A stretch of 64,000 nucleotides of DNA from a bacterium. Its GTDB lineage: Bacteria; DRYD01. How positions within the stretch are numbered: the first letter of the stretch is position 1; every line of letters begins with the position of its first letter. The notes under the pieces were generated by a model, which saw only the letters and a program-made list of their open reading frames with translations, had not been told where the DNA came from and made no database searches. Location of the stretch: the NCBI GenBank assembly GCA_039630415.1, contig JBCNVB010000011.1, forward strand, positions 29,119 to 93,118, written 5' to 3'. The position numbers were made by a program, and so were the translations under genes. Below are positions 10,926-21,485 of the stretch, piece by piece.

Positions 10926-11693
10926 GTGGTACTACTGATTTGCCCTGTATTCAATGAGGAAAATAAGATTCTAGCATTTTTTAAATCTGTTATCAATTAT
11001 GTTTATGATAAAGTTAATTTGCTTGTATTGGAAGATTTTTCTCAAGATTCAACTAGGCAAATATGTTTACATTTGTACAATAATTTATCATCGTATTTTC
11101 GAAAAAGAATTTTCTTTATTTTCAATGAAAGGAATATGGGATATGGAGATAATCTTTTAAATGGATTTAGATATGCTCTTGAAAAAGGTTATGATAAAAT
11201 TATAACAATAGACTGTGATTTTCAACATCTTCCTTCTTACATACCTGTCTTTATTTCTCTTTCTAGAAAGTATCATTTTGTTACGGGTACAAGATATTCT
11301 ATGAATAGTTTAAGTGTTAGTAAAGTAAATTTTTTCAGGTATATGATAAACCTGAAGATGATTGAATTATTAAAGTTTTTCTATGGTGTAAAAGTTTCTG
11401 ATTTTTTTTGTGGCTTTAGAGTTTATTCTTATAAACTTTTAGAATATATTTATCTTAGTGTTATGAGTTATAAAAAACAAGCGAACGTTATTTTTTCCTA
11501 TGATTTTCCAGTGTACTTATGGGTGGATATTTTGAATTTTACGCTAAATATATTCGAACTTCCTATTCCATTTATATTCTTTGAAGAAAGGAACTTCAAA
11601 GGTAAACATGCTTCACTTTTTTGGGATCATTACCAAAGAGTTCAAATATACGTTGAAAAATTCATGGAGTACTATAATTTGAAGAAAAAGTAA
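10926..11693 (+). CDS. Glycosyltransferase family 2
   Basis: CPVFNEE, N.GYG, IDCDFQH, VTGTR, DFFCGFRVY. Confidence 0.88.
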   Translation: MVLLICPVFNEENKILAFFKSVINYVYDKVNLLVLEDFSQDSTRQICLHLYNNLSSYFRKRIFFIFNERNMGYGDNLLNGFRYALEKGYDKIITIDCDFQHLPSYIPVFISLSRKYHFVTGTRYSMNSLSVSKVNFFRYMINLKMIELLKFFYGVKVSDFFCGFRVYSYKLLEYIYLSVMSYKKQANVIFSYDFPVYLWVDILNFTLNIFELPIPFIFFEERNFKGKHASLFWDHYQRVQIYVEKFMEYYNLKKK

Positions 11694-11770
11694 TTAGTTA
11701 TTTTTTTCATGCTAATTTAAAAAGGTTATTCCAAGATAAACGTTGAAAATATTCAAATTGGGATCAAAAT

Positions 11771-12979
11771 ATGTATAAAGTAGTATTATGGTTAGTATTA
11801 TGTTTTTATTTGCTGACTTTTATTTTCTATTCTTCTTGTTCTACTAAGAACCAAAAGGAAGGAATAATCTTTTGGTCTTGTTCGTTGAAACCTTACTTTA
11901 CCAATTATATTGAGAATATCATTACGAACTTTGAAAAAATATATGGTATTGATGTTGAGTGGCAAGACTATCCACTAGATTCAATATACCAGAAAATACT
12001 TTCTAGTTATGGTACTAATTTGTCTCCTGATGTAATAAATGTTAATCCGCAACTTGCATCGGGGTTATACAAGCAAAATATAGTTGTGGATATCTCTATC
12101 TATGACGGGGATATTCAAAGTAATTTTTACTCCAATCTGGTTGAAGGTTGTAGGATTAACCAAAAGTTGATAACTATACCCTGGTACTCTTCTACCAAGA
12201 TGCTAGTGTATAATAAGAAGATATTCGATTTTTCTAGAATTCGAATGAAGGATTACAGAGATTTTTTAGAAGTAGTCAAGAGAATTAAAAAAGAAAAGGG
12301 TGTTTATGGATTTTATCCTTTCCTTAAATTTGAACAGGATATGTTAGGATTAGGATTGATAAATGATCCTAGATATCCGTTTAATGATCAGGTAGTCGAA
12401 TTTTTTGAGCAACTTAGGAAAAATAAGGAGTATCTCCCTTCAGGGTTTTGGGTTTCTTCGGTTGAGTTTGCATACTCAATGTATAAAGAAGGCAAGGTAG
12501 CATCTATTCTGATAGGTCCGCAATTTTTATATAGAATTAAAAAAGAAGATCCTGAGTTGTATAAAAACACATCAGTAATGCTTTTCCCTTTTAAAGAATA
12601 TCCAGTGACAGTTATGAGTTTGAGTATTGTAAATAACAAAAATCTAGAAAGAATAAAAAAGTCAATAATTTTTATCAAATACCTTACTAATTTTTATAAT
12701 CAAAATGAATTTTTCAAAATAGTTCCCATAGTACCGAGTGTAATTGGAAATTATACTGTCGAAGATTCAGATCCTTTAATAAAGCAGGTAAAACAGGAAA
12801 TGCTAAAAATTTTTGATAAATCCAAAGTTTTTGACTTATACTTTTACAGTTATATTCCAGATCCATTAGTAAGGACTAACATAATAAAGAACTTTTTAAA
12901 TGAAGTTTTCAGTACCAACAAGAGTATAGCAGACATTCAAATGAGGTATCAAAAGCTATGGAATAATAGTACAAGATAG
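11771..12979 (+). CDS. ABC transporter extracellular solute-binding protein (sugar type), probable lipoprotein
   Basis: Signal peptide ending SSC; PDVINVN, IPWY....LVYNK motifs. Confidence 0.75.
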   Translation: MYKVVLWLVLCFYLLTFIFYSSCSTKNQKEGIIFWSCSLKPYFTNYIENIITNFEKIYGIDVEWQDYPLDSIYQKILSSYGTNLSPDVINVNPQLASGLYKQNIVVDISIYDGDIQSNFYSNLVEGCRINQKLITIPWYSSTKMLVYNKKIFDFSRIRMKDYRDFLEVVKRIKKEKGVYGFYPFLKFEQDMLGLGLINDPRYPFNDQVVEFFEQLRKNKEYLPSGFWVSSVEFAYSMYKEGKVASILIGPQFLYRIKKEDPELYKNTSVMLFPFKEYPVTVMSLSIVNNKNLERIKKSIIFIKYLTNFYNQNEFFKIVPIVPSVIGNYTVEDSDPLIKQVKQEMLKIFDKSKVFDLYFYSYIPDPLVRTNIIKNFLNEVFSTNKSIADIQMRYQKLWNNSTR

Positions 12980-13043
12980 GATTTTGGGACCTTTGTGGTG
13001 AATATTCTTAATATGAGACAAAAATTTAGGGGGTGCAAAATTT

Positions 13044-13358
13044 ATGACAAAACTCCCAAGAATAAGAATAAAGATGGTAAGCTGGGATTATGAATTACTT
13101 GACAAATCTATCAATAAAATAGTCGATATAGCTCTCGGAACCGGAGCAACTATATCAGGACCAGTATACCTACCCGTAAAAAGAAAAGTATTCTGTATAA
13201 CTAGATCCCCTCACGTAGATAAAAGATCAGGTGAACACTTTGAAATCAGAATACACAAAAGACTAGTAGACTTGGTAAACTATACCCCAAAAACGATAGA
13301 AGAAATAAAGAAAATGGATATACCAGCAGGAGTTGAAGTATTCATCAAAACCCTGTAA
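13044..13358 (+). CDS. rpsJ: 30S ribosomal protein S10
   Basis: RSPHVDKRSGEHFEIRIHKR. Confidence 0.97.
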   Translation: MTKLPRIRIKMVSWDYELLDKSINKIVDIALGTGATISGPVYLPVKRKVFCITRSPHVDKRSGEHFEIRIHKRLVDLVNYTPKTIEEIKKMDIPAGVEVFIKTL

Positions 13359-13382
13359 ATCTATTCATAAGGAGTGATAAAT

Positions 13383-14003
13383 ATGAAGCAAGCAAAAATA
13401 GGAATACTCGGAATAAAAGTAGGGATGACAGAAGTATACACTGACAAAGAACTGGTTCCAGTAACCGTAGTACAGGCTGGACCATGTAGAATCATCGATA
13501 TAAAAAACCAAGATAAAGATGGTTACTGTGCTCTTAAAGTCGGTTTCATTAAAACAAAAAAAGTCAACAAACCCATGACCGGAGTTTTTAAAAAAATTAA
13601 TGAAAACTACAAAGTAGTAGCGGAAATAAGAATCAAAGAAGATGTAGTGTCGAACTACAAAGTAGGAGACTTAATAGATGTATCAGTTTTAAGTAAAGGG
13701 GACATAGTTGATGTAACGGGGTATACAAAAGGAAGAGGTTTTAGTGGAATGATTAGAAGATGGAATGCTTCGAGAGGACCCATGTCTCACGGAAGCAAAC
13801 ATCACAGAAAACCAGGTAGCAATGCTACATCAAGGATAGGACCAACTAGACCAGGAAAAAGAAGACCCGGTAGATATGGAAATGAAAAAGTAACTATTAA
13901 AAATCTAAAAGTAATTGATGTTATACCTGAAAAAAATCTAATCCTAATAAAAGGTGGAATACCAGGTCCTAAAAATTCTTTAGTCAAAATTCTAAAAAAT
14001 TAG
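13383..14003 (+). CDS. rplC: 50S ribosomal protein L3
   Basis: GIKVGMT, PVTVV, VDVTG.TKGRGF; ATG 13383 follows SD AGGAGTGA. Confidence 0.96.
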   Translation: MKQAKIGILGIKVGMTEVYTDKELVPVTVVQAGPCRIIDIKNQDKDGYCALKVGFIKTKKVNKPMTGVFKKINENYKVVAEIRIKEDVVSNYKVGDLIDVSVLSKGDIVDVTGYTKGRGFSGMIRRWNASRGPMSHGSKHHRKPGSNATSRIGPTRPGKRRPGRYGNEKVTIKNLKVIDVIPEKNLILIKGGIPGPKNSLVKILKN

Positions 14004-14034
14004 AATTCTAAAAAACTAGAAGAGGTGAAAAATA

Positions 14035-14724
14035 ATGATTAAAAAACTAGTAAAAGTTTACGAGGTAGATACAAGTAATAACCTAAAAGAAGTAGAGCAA
14101 GTAGAAATAGATTTTTTAAGGGAACCTTCTTACCACCATCTTCATAGCCACTTGGTACTTCAATGGAGCAATAGAAGATTAGGTACTGCATCTACCAAAA
14201 GAAGAGGAGAGGTTAGAGGTGGGGGTAGAAAACCTTGGGCTCAAAAACATACAGGACGTGCCAGACATGGAAGTATACGATCACCCCTATGGAGAAAAGG
14301 TGGAGTTGTTTTCGGACCTAAACCACGCTCCTGGAAAATTAAAATGAATAAAAAAGAAAGAAAACTCGCTCTATACTCTCTCGTTCTATCCAAAATAGAT
14401 GATTTTGTGGTCCTTAAAAATTACACTATCGATCAACCAAAGACTAAAAAAATAGATCAGCTAATGCAAAGCATACAAAATCTTACCGGAAACATAAAAA
14501 AGGTAACTATAATGTACTCTGAAAAAGATCAAAATGTTCTAAATCTTATCAAGAGCTCTAGAAATCATGAAAAAGTTAGGAAAATACTAAAAGCAAACAA
14601 TCTCAACGTGGAAGACATACTCAGTGTAGATAAAGTAATAATGGATAAATCTTCCTTGCTAAAGATCAAAGAGCTTTTCATTGATTTTGTAAACAAGGGG
14701 GTAAACGAAAATGTTAAAACTTGA
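14035..14724 (+). CDS. rplD: 50S ribosomal protein L4
   Basis: [33 protein letters not shown]. Confidence 0.97.
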   Translation: MIKKLVKVYEVDTSNNLKEVEQVEIDFLREPSYHHLHSHLVLQWSNRRLGTASTKRRGEVRGGGRKPWAQKHTGRARHGSIRSPLWRKGGVVFGPKPRSWKIKMNKKERKLALYSLVLSKIDDFVVLKNYTIDQPKTKKIDQLMQSIQNLTGNIKKVTIMYSEKDQNVLNLIKSSRNHEKVRKILKANNLNVEDILSVDKVIMDKSSLLKIKELFIDFVNKGVNENVKT

Positions 14725-15022
14725 TCCTTACCAAATAATTATCTCTCCTATACTTACAGAAAAAGCTGTAAGACTTATCAAGCAGGGTAGATATGTATTC
14801 AAAGTTCATCCTAAAGCTTCTAAAACAGATATAAAACAAGCTATCGAAAAAATATTCGAAGTTAAGGTAGAAAAAGTTAATACAATAAACATACCAAGTA
14901 AAACAAAAAGCTACAGGTTTAGATACAAATATAACAGACCTTCCTACAAAAAAGCCATAGTAACTTTGAAACAAGGATTCAGAATAAATCAAATAGATTC
15001 TTCAATTGAAAAAGAAAGATAG
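14711..15022 (+). CDS. rplW: 50S ribosomal protein L23
   Basis: [14 protein letters not shown]; operon position. Confidence 0.96.
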   Translation: MLKLDPYQIIISPILTEKAVRLIKQGRYVFKVHPKASKTDIKQAIEKIFEVKVEKVNTINIPSKTKSYRFRYKYNRPSYKKAIVTLKQGFRINQIDSSIEKER

Positions 15023-15036
15023 GAGAGTGAATAGAA

Positions 15037-15867
15037 ATGATAAAGAAAACTAACCCAACATCGCCAGGAAGGAGATTTACAACTTATCACGATTTTAAAC
15101 AAATCCTAACAACAACTGAACCATATAAACCTTTAACTGTAATAAGAAAACCAAAGGCAGGTAGAAATAATCAGGGTAAAGTAACTGTCAGGTTTAGATG
15201 TGGAGGACATAAAAGAAGAATAAGAATTATAGATTTTAAAAGAGACAAGGATAACATACCAGCTGTCGTGAAAACAATAGAGTATGATCCAAACAGAACT
15301 GCATGGATATCTCTTGTTGAATATGCAGATGGGGAAAAAAGGTACATTTTAGCACCTGAAGGGATTAAGGTAGGAGACACTATAATATCTGGTGAAGATG
15401 TGGAAATAAAAATCGGTAATTGTTTACCTTTAAGAAGTATTCCTGTGGGTACGTTCATCCATAACATAGAGTTGTATCCCGGAAGAGGGGGACAATTGGT
15501 TCGCTCCGCAGGTAGTGTAGCACAGTTAATAGGGAAAGAAGGAGATTATGCTATTGTTAGATTACCTTCAGGTGAAGTAAGAAAAATAAACCTAAAATGC
15601 AAAGCCACTATAGGTAGAGTATCTAATGCGGATCATTCTAACATAGTCATAGGAAAGGCTGGAAGAAATATTCATAAAGGTTGGAGACCACATGTTAGAG
15701 GTAGTTGTATGAATGTAGTTGACCATCCACACGGCGGTGGAGAGGGTAGGACTCACCCGGGTAGACCCAGTGTGACTCCATGGGGTAAACCCACAGTCGG
15801 ATACAAAACAAGATCTAAAAAGAAAACTTCTAATAAGTTCATTATATCAAGAAGGACAAAGAAATAG
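15037..15867 (+). CDS. rplB: 50S ribosomal protein L2
   Basis: [22 protein letters not shown]. Confidence 0.98.
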   Translation: MIKKTNPTSPGRRFTTYHDFKQILTTTEPYKPLTVIRKPKAGRNNQGKVTVRFRCGGHKRRIRIIDFKRDKDNIPAVVKTIEYDPNRTAWISLVEYADGEKRYILAPEGIKVGDTIISGEDVEIKIGNCLPLRSIPVGTFIHNIELYPGRGGQLVRSAGSVAQLIGKEGDYAIVRLPSGEVRKINLKCKATIGRVSNADHSNIVIGKAGRNIHKGWRPHVRGSCMNVVDHPHGGGEGRTHPGRPSVTPWGKPTVGYKTRSKKKTSNKFIISRRTKK

Positions 15868-15882
15868 AAGAGGTGTTGAGGT

Positions 15883-16164
15883 ATGGGTAGAAGTTCTAAG
15901 AAAGGACCCTATGTAGACCCAAAACTATACAAAAAAGTTCTTAAGGCAAAAGAAAAAGGAGAAAAAACGATCAAAACCTGGTCTAGAAGAAGTACAATAA
16001 TACCTGAAATGGTTGGACTAACTTTTCTGGTTCATAATGGCAAAGGACATGTACCAGTATATGTTACCGAACAGATGGTAAATCACAAGCTAGGGGAATT
16101 TGCTCCTACTAGAACGTTTAAAGGGCATCCGGATAAAAAGGCGGCTAAAGCAGCTAAAAAATAA
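15883..16164 (+). CDS. rpsS: 30S ribosomal protein S19
   Basis: [17 protein letters not shown]. Confidence 0.98.
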   Translation: MGRSSKKGPYVDPKLYKKVLKAKEKGEKTIKTWSRRSTIIPEMVGLTFLVHNGKGHVPVYVTEQMVNHKLGEFAPTRTFKGHPDKKAAKAAKK

Positions 16165-16190
16165 CACTAAATTTTGCGAGGAGGGGCAAT

Positions 16191-16739
16191 ATGTATCAAT
16201 ATGCTTTTAAAATACAATACAAAAAAACAGATCAAGATAAAGACTATCTTTCAGAAATAATAATGGCAAAGAGTTTGGATCAGGCCAAACAAATTGCTCA
16301 TGAAAAATTTTGGAAAAATAAATGGAAAGAATTTAAAGTCGATTTTTTAAGATTTAATGCTTTTGCAAGATATTTAAGAACTTCCTACAAAAAATTAATG
16401 CCTATACTTAATTTGCTGAGAGGAAAAAATCTTGATGAAGCTATAGGTATAGTTGCTTTTATACCTCAGAAAGCTGCAAGAATGGTAGAAAAATTACTCC
16501 TATCTGTCAAGGCTAACATAGAGTACTTATCTGACAGATACCCTAATCTTAACATAAATAACTTTTTTATTTTGGAACTGTTTGTAACAAAGGGACCTTT
16601 TATCAAAAGATGGGATGCCAAATTTAGAGGAATGGCTACAAGAATACTTAAACCAACTTCACACTTAACAGTCAGAGTAGGTTACAGAGAAAAAATAAAA
16701 AAAGACAAAAAGGAAAAGAAAGAAGTAGCTAGGAGGTAA
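16191..16739 (+). CDS. rplV: 50S ribosomal protein L22 with about 55-aa N-terminal extension
   Basis: L22 core from AFARYLRTS to KPTSHLTV; position between rpsS and rpsC; SD GAGGAGG before the upstream ATG. Confidence 0.92.
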   Translation: MYQYAFKIQYKKTDQDKDYLSEIIMAKSLDQAKQIAHEKFWKNKWKEFKVDFLRFNAFARYLRTSYKKLMPILNLLRGKNLDEAIGIVAFIPQKAARMVEKLLLSVKANIEYLSDRYPNLNINNFFILELFVTKGPFIKRWDAKFRGMATRILKPTSHLTVRVGYREKIKKDKKEKKEVARR

Positions 16740-16743
16740 AATT

Positions 16744-17517
16744 ATGGGTCAAAAGGTACATCCAAAATCCCTAAGACTCGGGATTAACAAATATTGGGAT
16801 AGTGTATGGTTTTTCCCAAGAAAAAGAGACTATCAAGAAGCTCTTATTGAAGATCATAGAATCAGAAAGTTTATATTTAAAGAGGTAAGAAAAAGTATTA
16901 TACAAAGGATGGGTATAAAAGTGAAGGAGGGGAGTGCTAAGTTCAAAGATCCAAATCCTGCTTCCATAGAAAAAATAGTCATTAAACGACAAGCTAATAG
17001 TATTCATATTATCATTCATACTGCAAAACCCGCAGTTGTTATAGGTAAAAAAGGAGCTGAAATTGAAAATCTAAAATCAAAACTACAAAAAGAATTTGGA
17101 AAACAAGATATTAATGTTGAAGTAAAAGAAGTAGAGTACCCAGATATGAGTGCAAAACTAGTGGCTCATTCTATAGCTAGACAGCTGGAGCAAAGAGTTA
17201 GTTTTAGAAGAGCAATGAGAGCTGCAGCTATAAGAGTCATGAGAGTTGGTGCTCAAGGAGTAAGAATTGAAGTTTCTGGTAGGCTTGATGGAGCAGAACT
17301 TGCTAGAACTGAAAGAATTATTCTCGGTAAAGTACCACTACAAACCCTTATGGCTGACATAGATTATGCTCTTGATGAAGCACTAACCAAATGGGGAGTA
17401 ATTGGTGTTAAAGTATGGATATATAAGGGACTTACTTTCAAAGACGAGGAAACTAAAAAGCAATTTGAAGTTCTAGAAAAATTAAAACTTGCAACAATGC
17501 CAAAGGAATTGGTATGA
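16744..17517 (+). CDS. rpsC: 30S ribosomal protein S3
   Basis: MGQKVHP, SGRLDGAELAR, VPLQTL.ADIDY. Confidence 0.97.
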   Translation: MGQKVHPKSLRLGINKYWDSVWFFPRKRDYQEALIEDHRIRKFIFKEVRKSIIQRMGIKVKEGSAKFKDPNPASIEKIVIKRQANSIHIIIHTAKPAVVIGKKGAEIENLKSKLQKEFGKQDINVEVKEVEYPDMSAKLVAHSIARQLEQRVSFRRAMRAAAIRVMRVGAQGVRIEVSGRLDGAELARTERIILGKVPLQTLMADIDYALDEALTKWGVIGVKVWIYKGLTFKDEETKKQFEVLEKLKLATMPKELV

Positions 17518-17542
17518 TCTTTTATTAGAGAGGTGAATAAAA

Positions 17543-17953
17543 ATGTTAGCACCTAAAAAAACTAAGTACAGAAAGACACAAAGAGGAAGAATGAAAAGAA
17601 AGGCTACCAAATGTAATAGAGTACTATTTGGAGATTTTGGATTACAAGCTTTGGAACCAGGATGGATAACTGCTAATCAAATAGAAGCTGCAAGAGTAGT
17701 TATATCAAGAAATCTTAAAAAAGGGGGAAAGATTTGGATAAGGATTTTTCCTCACAAAAGTGTTACAAAAAAACCAGCGGAAACCAGAATGGGAGGAGGA
17801 AAAGGAGACGTAGATAAATACGTAGCTGTAGTAAAGCCAGGAACAGTAATGTTTGAAGTAACAGGACTAAAAGAAGACCAAGCACACGAAATACTAAAGC
17901 AAGCATCCTACAAATTACCTATCAAAGCCAGAGTCATATCCAAAAACGTATAA
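17543..17953 (+). CDS. rplP: 50S ribosomal protein L16
   Basis: [12 protein letters not shown]. Confidence 0.98.
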   Translation: MLAPKKTKYRKTQRGRMKRKATKCNRVLFGDFGLQALEPGWITANQIEAARVVISRNLKKGGKIWIRIFPHKSVTKKPAETRMGGGKGDVDKYVAVVKPGTVMFEVTGLKEDQAHEILKQASYKLPIKARVISKNV

Positions 17954-17975
17954 AATACCCAGGGGGGATAAAGCT

Positions 17976-18194
17976 ATGAAGTCTAGAAAAGAACTAGAGA
18001 TGCTCAGAACTATGAGTTACAGCGACTTACTAAAAGAACTCAAAAACACCAAAAAACAACTATTCGAAAATAAAACTAAAACAATTCTAACCGGAGAAAT
18101 AAAACCTCATCTAATGTCTAACTTAAGAAAAAAAATAGCTCGAATAAAATACCTTATGTCTACTAAAAGGAGTGAGAATAATGAGAAAAAATAG
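17976..18194 (+). CDS. rpmC: 50S ribosomal protein L29
   Basis: LRKKIARIK; position between rplP and rpsQ. Confidence 0.9.
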   Translation: MKSRKELEMLRTMSYSDLLKELKNTKKQLFENKTKTILTGEIKPHLMSNLRKKIARIKYLMSTKRSENNEKK

Positions 18195-18438
18195 AAAAAA
18201 ACTAGTCGGAGTTGTCGTCAGTGATAGAATGGATAAAACTGTAGTAGTAAAAGTTGAAACAAAGAAGATTCATCCAAAATATAAAAAAATAATAAAGACT
18301 TTCAAAAAGTACTATGCTCACAATGAGGATAATCAAGCGCAAGAGGGAGATAAGGTAATGATAATGGAATCAAGACCTTTAAGTAAACTTAAAAGATGGG
18401 TGGTAATAAAGATTTTAGAAAAAGCTCAGAAAGCATAA
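18181..18438 (+). CDS. rpsQ: 30S ribosomal protein S17
   Basis: [27 protein letters not shown] 18181 follows SD. Confidence 0.97.
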   Translation: MRKNRKKLVGVVVSDRMDKTVVVKVETKKIHPKYKKIIKTFKKYYAHNEDNQAQEGDKVMIMESRPLSKLKRWVVIKILEKAQKA

Positions 18439-18453
18439 AGGAGATGAGAAATT

Positions 18454-18822
18454 ATGCTTCCTCGAATGGCTAAATTAACAGTAGCTGATAACTCAGGAGC
18501 TAAAAAGGTTCAGCTAATAGGTAACTATCAAGCTTCTCAAAAGAGATATTGCTACATTGGAGATGTAGTAAAAGTAACAGTTAAGGAAGCTATACCTAAT
18601 TCCAACATAGAAAAAGGTGATGTGGTTAAAGCTGTTATAGTAAGAACCACAAGAAAGTACAGGAGGCCAGACGGTAGCTACGTAAAGTTTGATAATAATG
18701 CTGTGGTAATAATCGATGATCAAGGAAATCCAAAAGGAACCAGAATATTTGGACCTATTCCTAGAGAATTAAAAGATAAAGGATTCGCTAAAATACTATC
18801 TTTGGCAACTGAAGTAGTATAA
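18454..18822 (+). CDS. rplN: 50S ribosomal protein L14
   Basis: VADNSGAK, FDNNAVV, GTRIFGP. Confidence 0.98.
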   Translation: MLPRMAKLTVADNSGAKKVQLIGNYQASQKRYCYIGDVVKVTVKEAIPNSNIEKGDVVKAVIVRTTRKYRRPDGSYVKFDNNAVVIIDDQGNPKGTRIFGPIPRELKDKGFAKILSLATEVV

Positions 18823-18842
18823 ACAACCACGAGGTGATTGTA

Positions 18843-19163
18843 ATGAAAATAAAAAAAGGTGATAAAGTAATAGTTATGAGTGGAAAATATAAAGGTGAGA
18901 TTGGAAAGGTAATCAAGGTTATTAAAGACAAAGCAGTAGTTCAGGGAATAAATAGAGTTAAAAAACACGTGAAATCTCCAAATCAAGAACAAAAAAAACC
19001 AGTAATAGTGCAAATAGAAAAACCAATTCATATATCAAACCTAATGCTTATAGATGCAACAGATAACAAGCCTACCAAAGTGGGATTTAAATATATTCAA
19101 AAGGAAGGTAAAAAGATAAAAATAAGAATTTCAAAAAGAACAAAGCAAGAGATAAAACAATAG
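18843..19163 (+). CDS. rplX: 50S ribosomal protein L24
   Basis: IKKGDKV.V.SGK.KG..GKV, PIHISN. Confidence 0.96.
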   Translation: MKIKKGDKVIVMSGKYKGEIGKVIKVIKDKAVVQGINRVKKHVKSPNQEQKKPVIVQIEKPIHISNLMLIDATDNKPTKVGFKYIQKEGKKIKIRISKRTKQEIKQ

Positions 19164-19165
19164 AT

Positions 19166-19203
19166 TTCCGCTTGCCGAGAATGCGGAATATAAATCTCGG
19201 CAA
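19166..19203 (+). ncRNA. Predicted H-type RNA pseudoknot between rplX and rplE (copy 1)
   Basis: TTCCGC(19166-71)/GCGGAA(19183-88) interleaved with TTGCCGAGA(19172-80)/TCTCGGCAA(19195-203); A-rich loop TATAAA. Confidence 0.75.
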
Positions 19204-19213
19204 ATAAAAAACT

Positions 19214-19774
19214 ATGCTAAAAGTAAGTGAACTAAGGCTATATCAAAAATATAAACAAACAGTTATACCAGAATTAATAAAAATTTTTGGATACAAAAAT
19301 ATAATGCAGGTACCTAAAATAGAGAAAATAGTTGTAAATATGGGAGTAGGTGATGCAACTCAAAACCAGGATATAATCAAAAAAGTATACAGACAACTAT
19401 CTATTATTACAGGTCAAGCACCCGTAGTTATCAAAGCTAAAAAATCTATCTCAAATTTCAAACTTAGGAAAGGTATGAATATTGGGTTAAAAGTTACTCT
19501 CAGGAAGCAAAAAATGTGGGCTTTCCTCGATAAACTAATATCAATCGTCCTACCTAGAATAAGGGACTTCAAGGGTGTAAGTAATACCTCTTTTGATGGA
19601 AGAGGTAACTATAACTTGGGTATAAAGGAACAAATAATATTTCCTGAACTATCTTATGACGATATAGACAAAATAAGAGGTTTGGATATTAACATAACAA
19701 CAACAGCTAAAACAGATAAAGAAGCCTATGAGCTTCTTAGATTACTTGGAATGCCATTTAGAAAAGGAGGATAA
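19214..19774 (+). CDS. rplE: 50S ribosomal protein L5
   Basis: [28 protein letters not shown]. Confidence 0.98.
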   Translation: MLKVSELRLYQKYKQTVIPELIKIFGYKNIMQVPKIEKIVVNMGVGDATQNQDIIKKVYRQLSIITGQAPVVIKAKKSISNFKLRKGMNIGLKVTLRKQKMWAFLDKLISIVLPRIRDFKGVSNTSFDGRGNYNLGIKEQIIFPELSYDDIDKIRGLDINITTTAKTDKEAYELLRLLGMPFRKGG

Positions 19775-19777
19775 CGT

Positions 19778-19963
19778 ATGCCAAGAAAAGCCCAAATAGA
19801 AAAATGGAAAAGAACTCCTAAATATCAAGTAAGATTTAGAAATAGGTGCAAGGTATGTGGTAGACCAAGAGGATATTTTAGAATGTTCGGAATTTGTAGA
19901 ATGTGTTTAAGAAAAATGGCTTATGAAGGACTTATACCAGGTCTAAGAAAAGCAAGCTGGTAA
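19778..19963 (+). CDS. rpsZ: 30S ribosomal protein S14, zinc-binding short type
   Basis: [10 protein letters not shown]...GICRMCLR, 61 aa. Confidence 0.96.
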   Translation: MPRKAQIEKWKRTPKYQVRFRNRCKVCGRPRGYFRMFGICRMCLRKMAYEGLIPGLRKASW

Positions 19964-19982
19964 GTTAAGTGAGGTGAAATCC

Positions 19983-20378
19983 ATGCTAACAGACCCAATC
20001 GCTGATATGTTTGCAAGAATAAAAAACGCTATCAATAGAAAACATGAAACCGTCAAAATACCAGGATCTAAATTCAAAAAATCTATACTCGAACTACTCA
20101 AAAAAGAAGGATATATAGCCGACTTTCAAATAGAACCAGTTAACAACTATTCATATAACTTCATCGTAAAACTCAAATACGTAAAAGGTAATCCAGTGAT
20201 AAATGACATAATAAAAGTAAGCAAGCCTGGAAGAAGAATATATAGATCTTATGATCAAATACCCAAGGTACTATCTGGAATGGGATTAACTATACTTTCT
20301 ACTTCTAAAGGAGTTATTTCTCATCGAGAAGCAATTAAGAACAAAATAGGAGGAGAAATAATAGCTTTTGTTTACTAA
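19983..20378 (+). CDS. rpsH: 30S ribosomal protein S8
   Basis: DPIADM..RI.NA, SKPGRRIY, ILSTSKG, GGE. Confidence 0.97.
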   Translation: MLTDPIADMFARIKNAINRKHETVKIPGSKFKKSILELLKKEGYIADFQIEPVNNYSYNFIVKLKYVKGNPVINDIIKVSKPGRRIYRSYDQIPKVLSGMGLTILSTSKGVISHREAIKNKIGGEIIAFVY

Positions 20379-20392
20379 GGAGGAGAAATACT

Positions 20393-20956
20393 ATGTCTAA
20401 ATTGATAAAAAAACCAATAATCATACCAAAAAATACCAAAGTAGAAATAAGCCAAGGAATGGTAACTGTTTCAGGACCTAGGGGAAACATATCAAAAAAA
20501 TTTGATACAGAACTGATTGACATAAAAGTACAAAATGATCAGGTATGGATAATACCAAAAATGCAAAAATCTAAGCGAATAAATAGATTTATAAAAAAAC
20601 TTGCTGGAACCTATTGGAGCATAATTAACTCCATGTTCAAAGGAGTAAACGATGGATTTACCAAAACTTTACAAATTGTGGGATTAGGATGGAAGGCTAA
20701 TCAAAAAGGTGATGGAGTAGAACTACTTGTTGGTTACTCCCATCCAGTTGTGTTCTATCCGCCAAAAGGTATAACTATTAAAGTAGAAGATCCTCAAAAA
20801 ATAGTGGTATCAGGAATAGATAAAGAGTTAGTTGGACAAGTTGCGGCTAATATAAGAAAAATTAGAAAACCAGATAGCTATAAAGGAAAGGGTATAAGAT
20901 ATGCAGATGAAAAACTGACTCTCAAAGAAAGTAAGAAAGGAACAAAGGGTAGGTAG
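20393..20956 (+). CDS. rplF: 50S ribosomal protein L6
   Basis: GYSHPV, GIDKELVGQVAA.IR, YKGKGIRY. Confidence 0.97.
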   Translation: MSKLIKKPIIIPKNTKVEISQGMVTVSGPRGNISKKFDTELIDIKVQNDQVWIIPKMQKSKRINRFIKKLAGTYWSIINSMFKGVNDGFTKTLQIVGLGWKANQKGDGVELLVGYSHPVVFYPPKGITIKVEDPQKIVVSGIDKELVGQVAANIRKIRKPDSYKGKGIRYADEKLTLKESKKGTKGR

Positions 20957-20962
20957 GTTAGC

Positions 20963-21079
20963 ATGAAAGTAAGAGCATCAGTTAAAAAAATATGTGCTTA
21001 CTGCAAAGTAATTAAAAGAAAAGGAAAAGTTAGAGTAGTTTGTTCTAAATACAAAAAACACAAACAAGTACAGGGATAA
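20963..21079 (+). CDS. rpmJ: 50S ribosomal protein L36 (absent from the ORF track)
   Basis: Hand translation [38 protein letters not shown]. Confidence 0.97.
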   Translation: MKVRASVKKICAYCKVIKRKGKVRVVCSKYKKHKQVQG

Positions 21080-21095
21080 AAGAAGGTGAAATGAT

Positions 21096-21467
21096 ATGCC
21101 CAGAATAGCAGGAGTTAACATACCCGAAAATAAACAATTGTGGATATCACTGCGCTACATATACGGTATAGGTCCTACAAGAGCAATGGAAATCCTAAAA
21201 AATACAAATATAAATCCTTATAAAAAAGCAAAAGACCTTACACCCGAGGAAATATCTAAAATACAAAAATACATAGAAGATAATTATATCGTTGAGGGAG
21301 ATTTAAGAAGACAAATAAATCAAAATATCAGAGAGCTAATAGAAATAAGATGCTATAGAGGAATAAGGCATCAAAAAGGTCTTCCTGTTAGAGGACAAAG
21401 AACAAGAACTAATGCCAGAACTAGAAAAGGACCTAGACAAAACAGAATAGGAACAAGGAAAAAATAA
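21096..21467 (+). CDS. rpsM: 30S ribosomal protein S13
   Basis: [31 protein letters not shown]. Confidence 0.98.
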   Translation: MPRIAGVNIPENKQLWISLRYIYGIGPTRAMEILKNTNINPYKKAKDLTPEEISKIQKYIEDNYIVEGDLRRQINQNIRELIEIRCYRGIRHQKGLPVRGQRTRTNARTRKGPRQNRIGTRKK

Positions 21468-21485
21468 TCCCAATCAATATCTTCT

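Noticed and set aside
19161-19213. Pseudoknots as stop-readthrough/frameshift signals or preQ1 riboswitches
   Set aside because: They start within 4 nt of the stop, too close for the usual spacer of about 8 nt. There is no slippery heptamer, the preQ1 loop consensus is absent, and the downstream genes are unrelated to queuosine.
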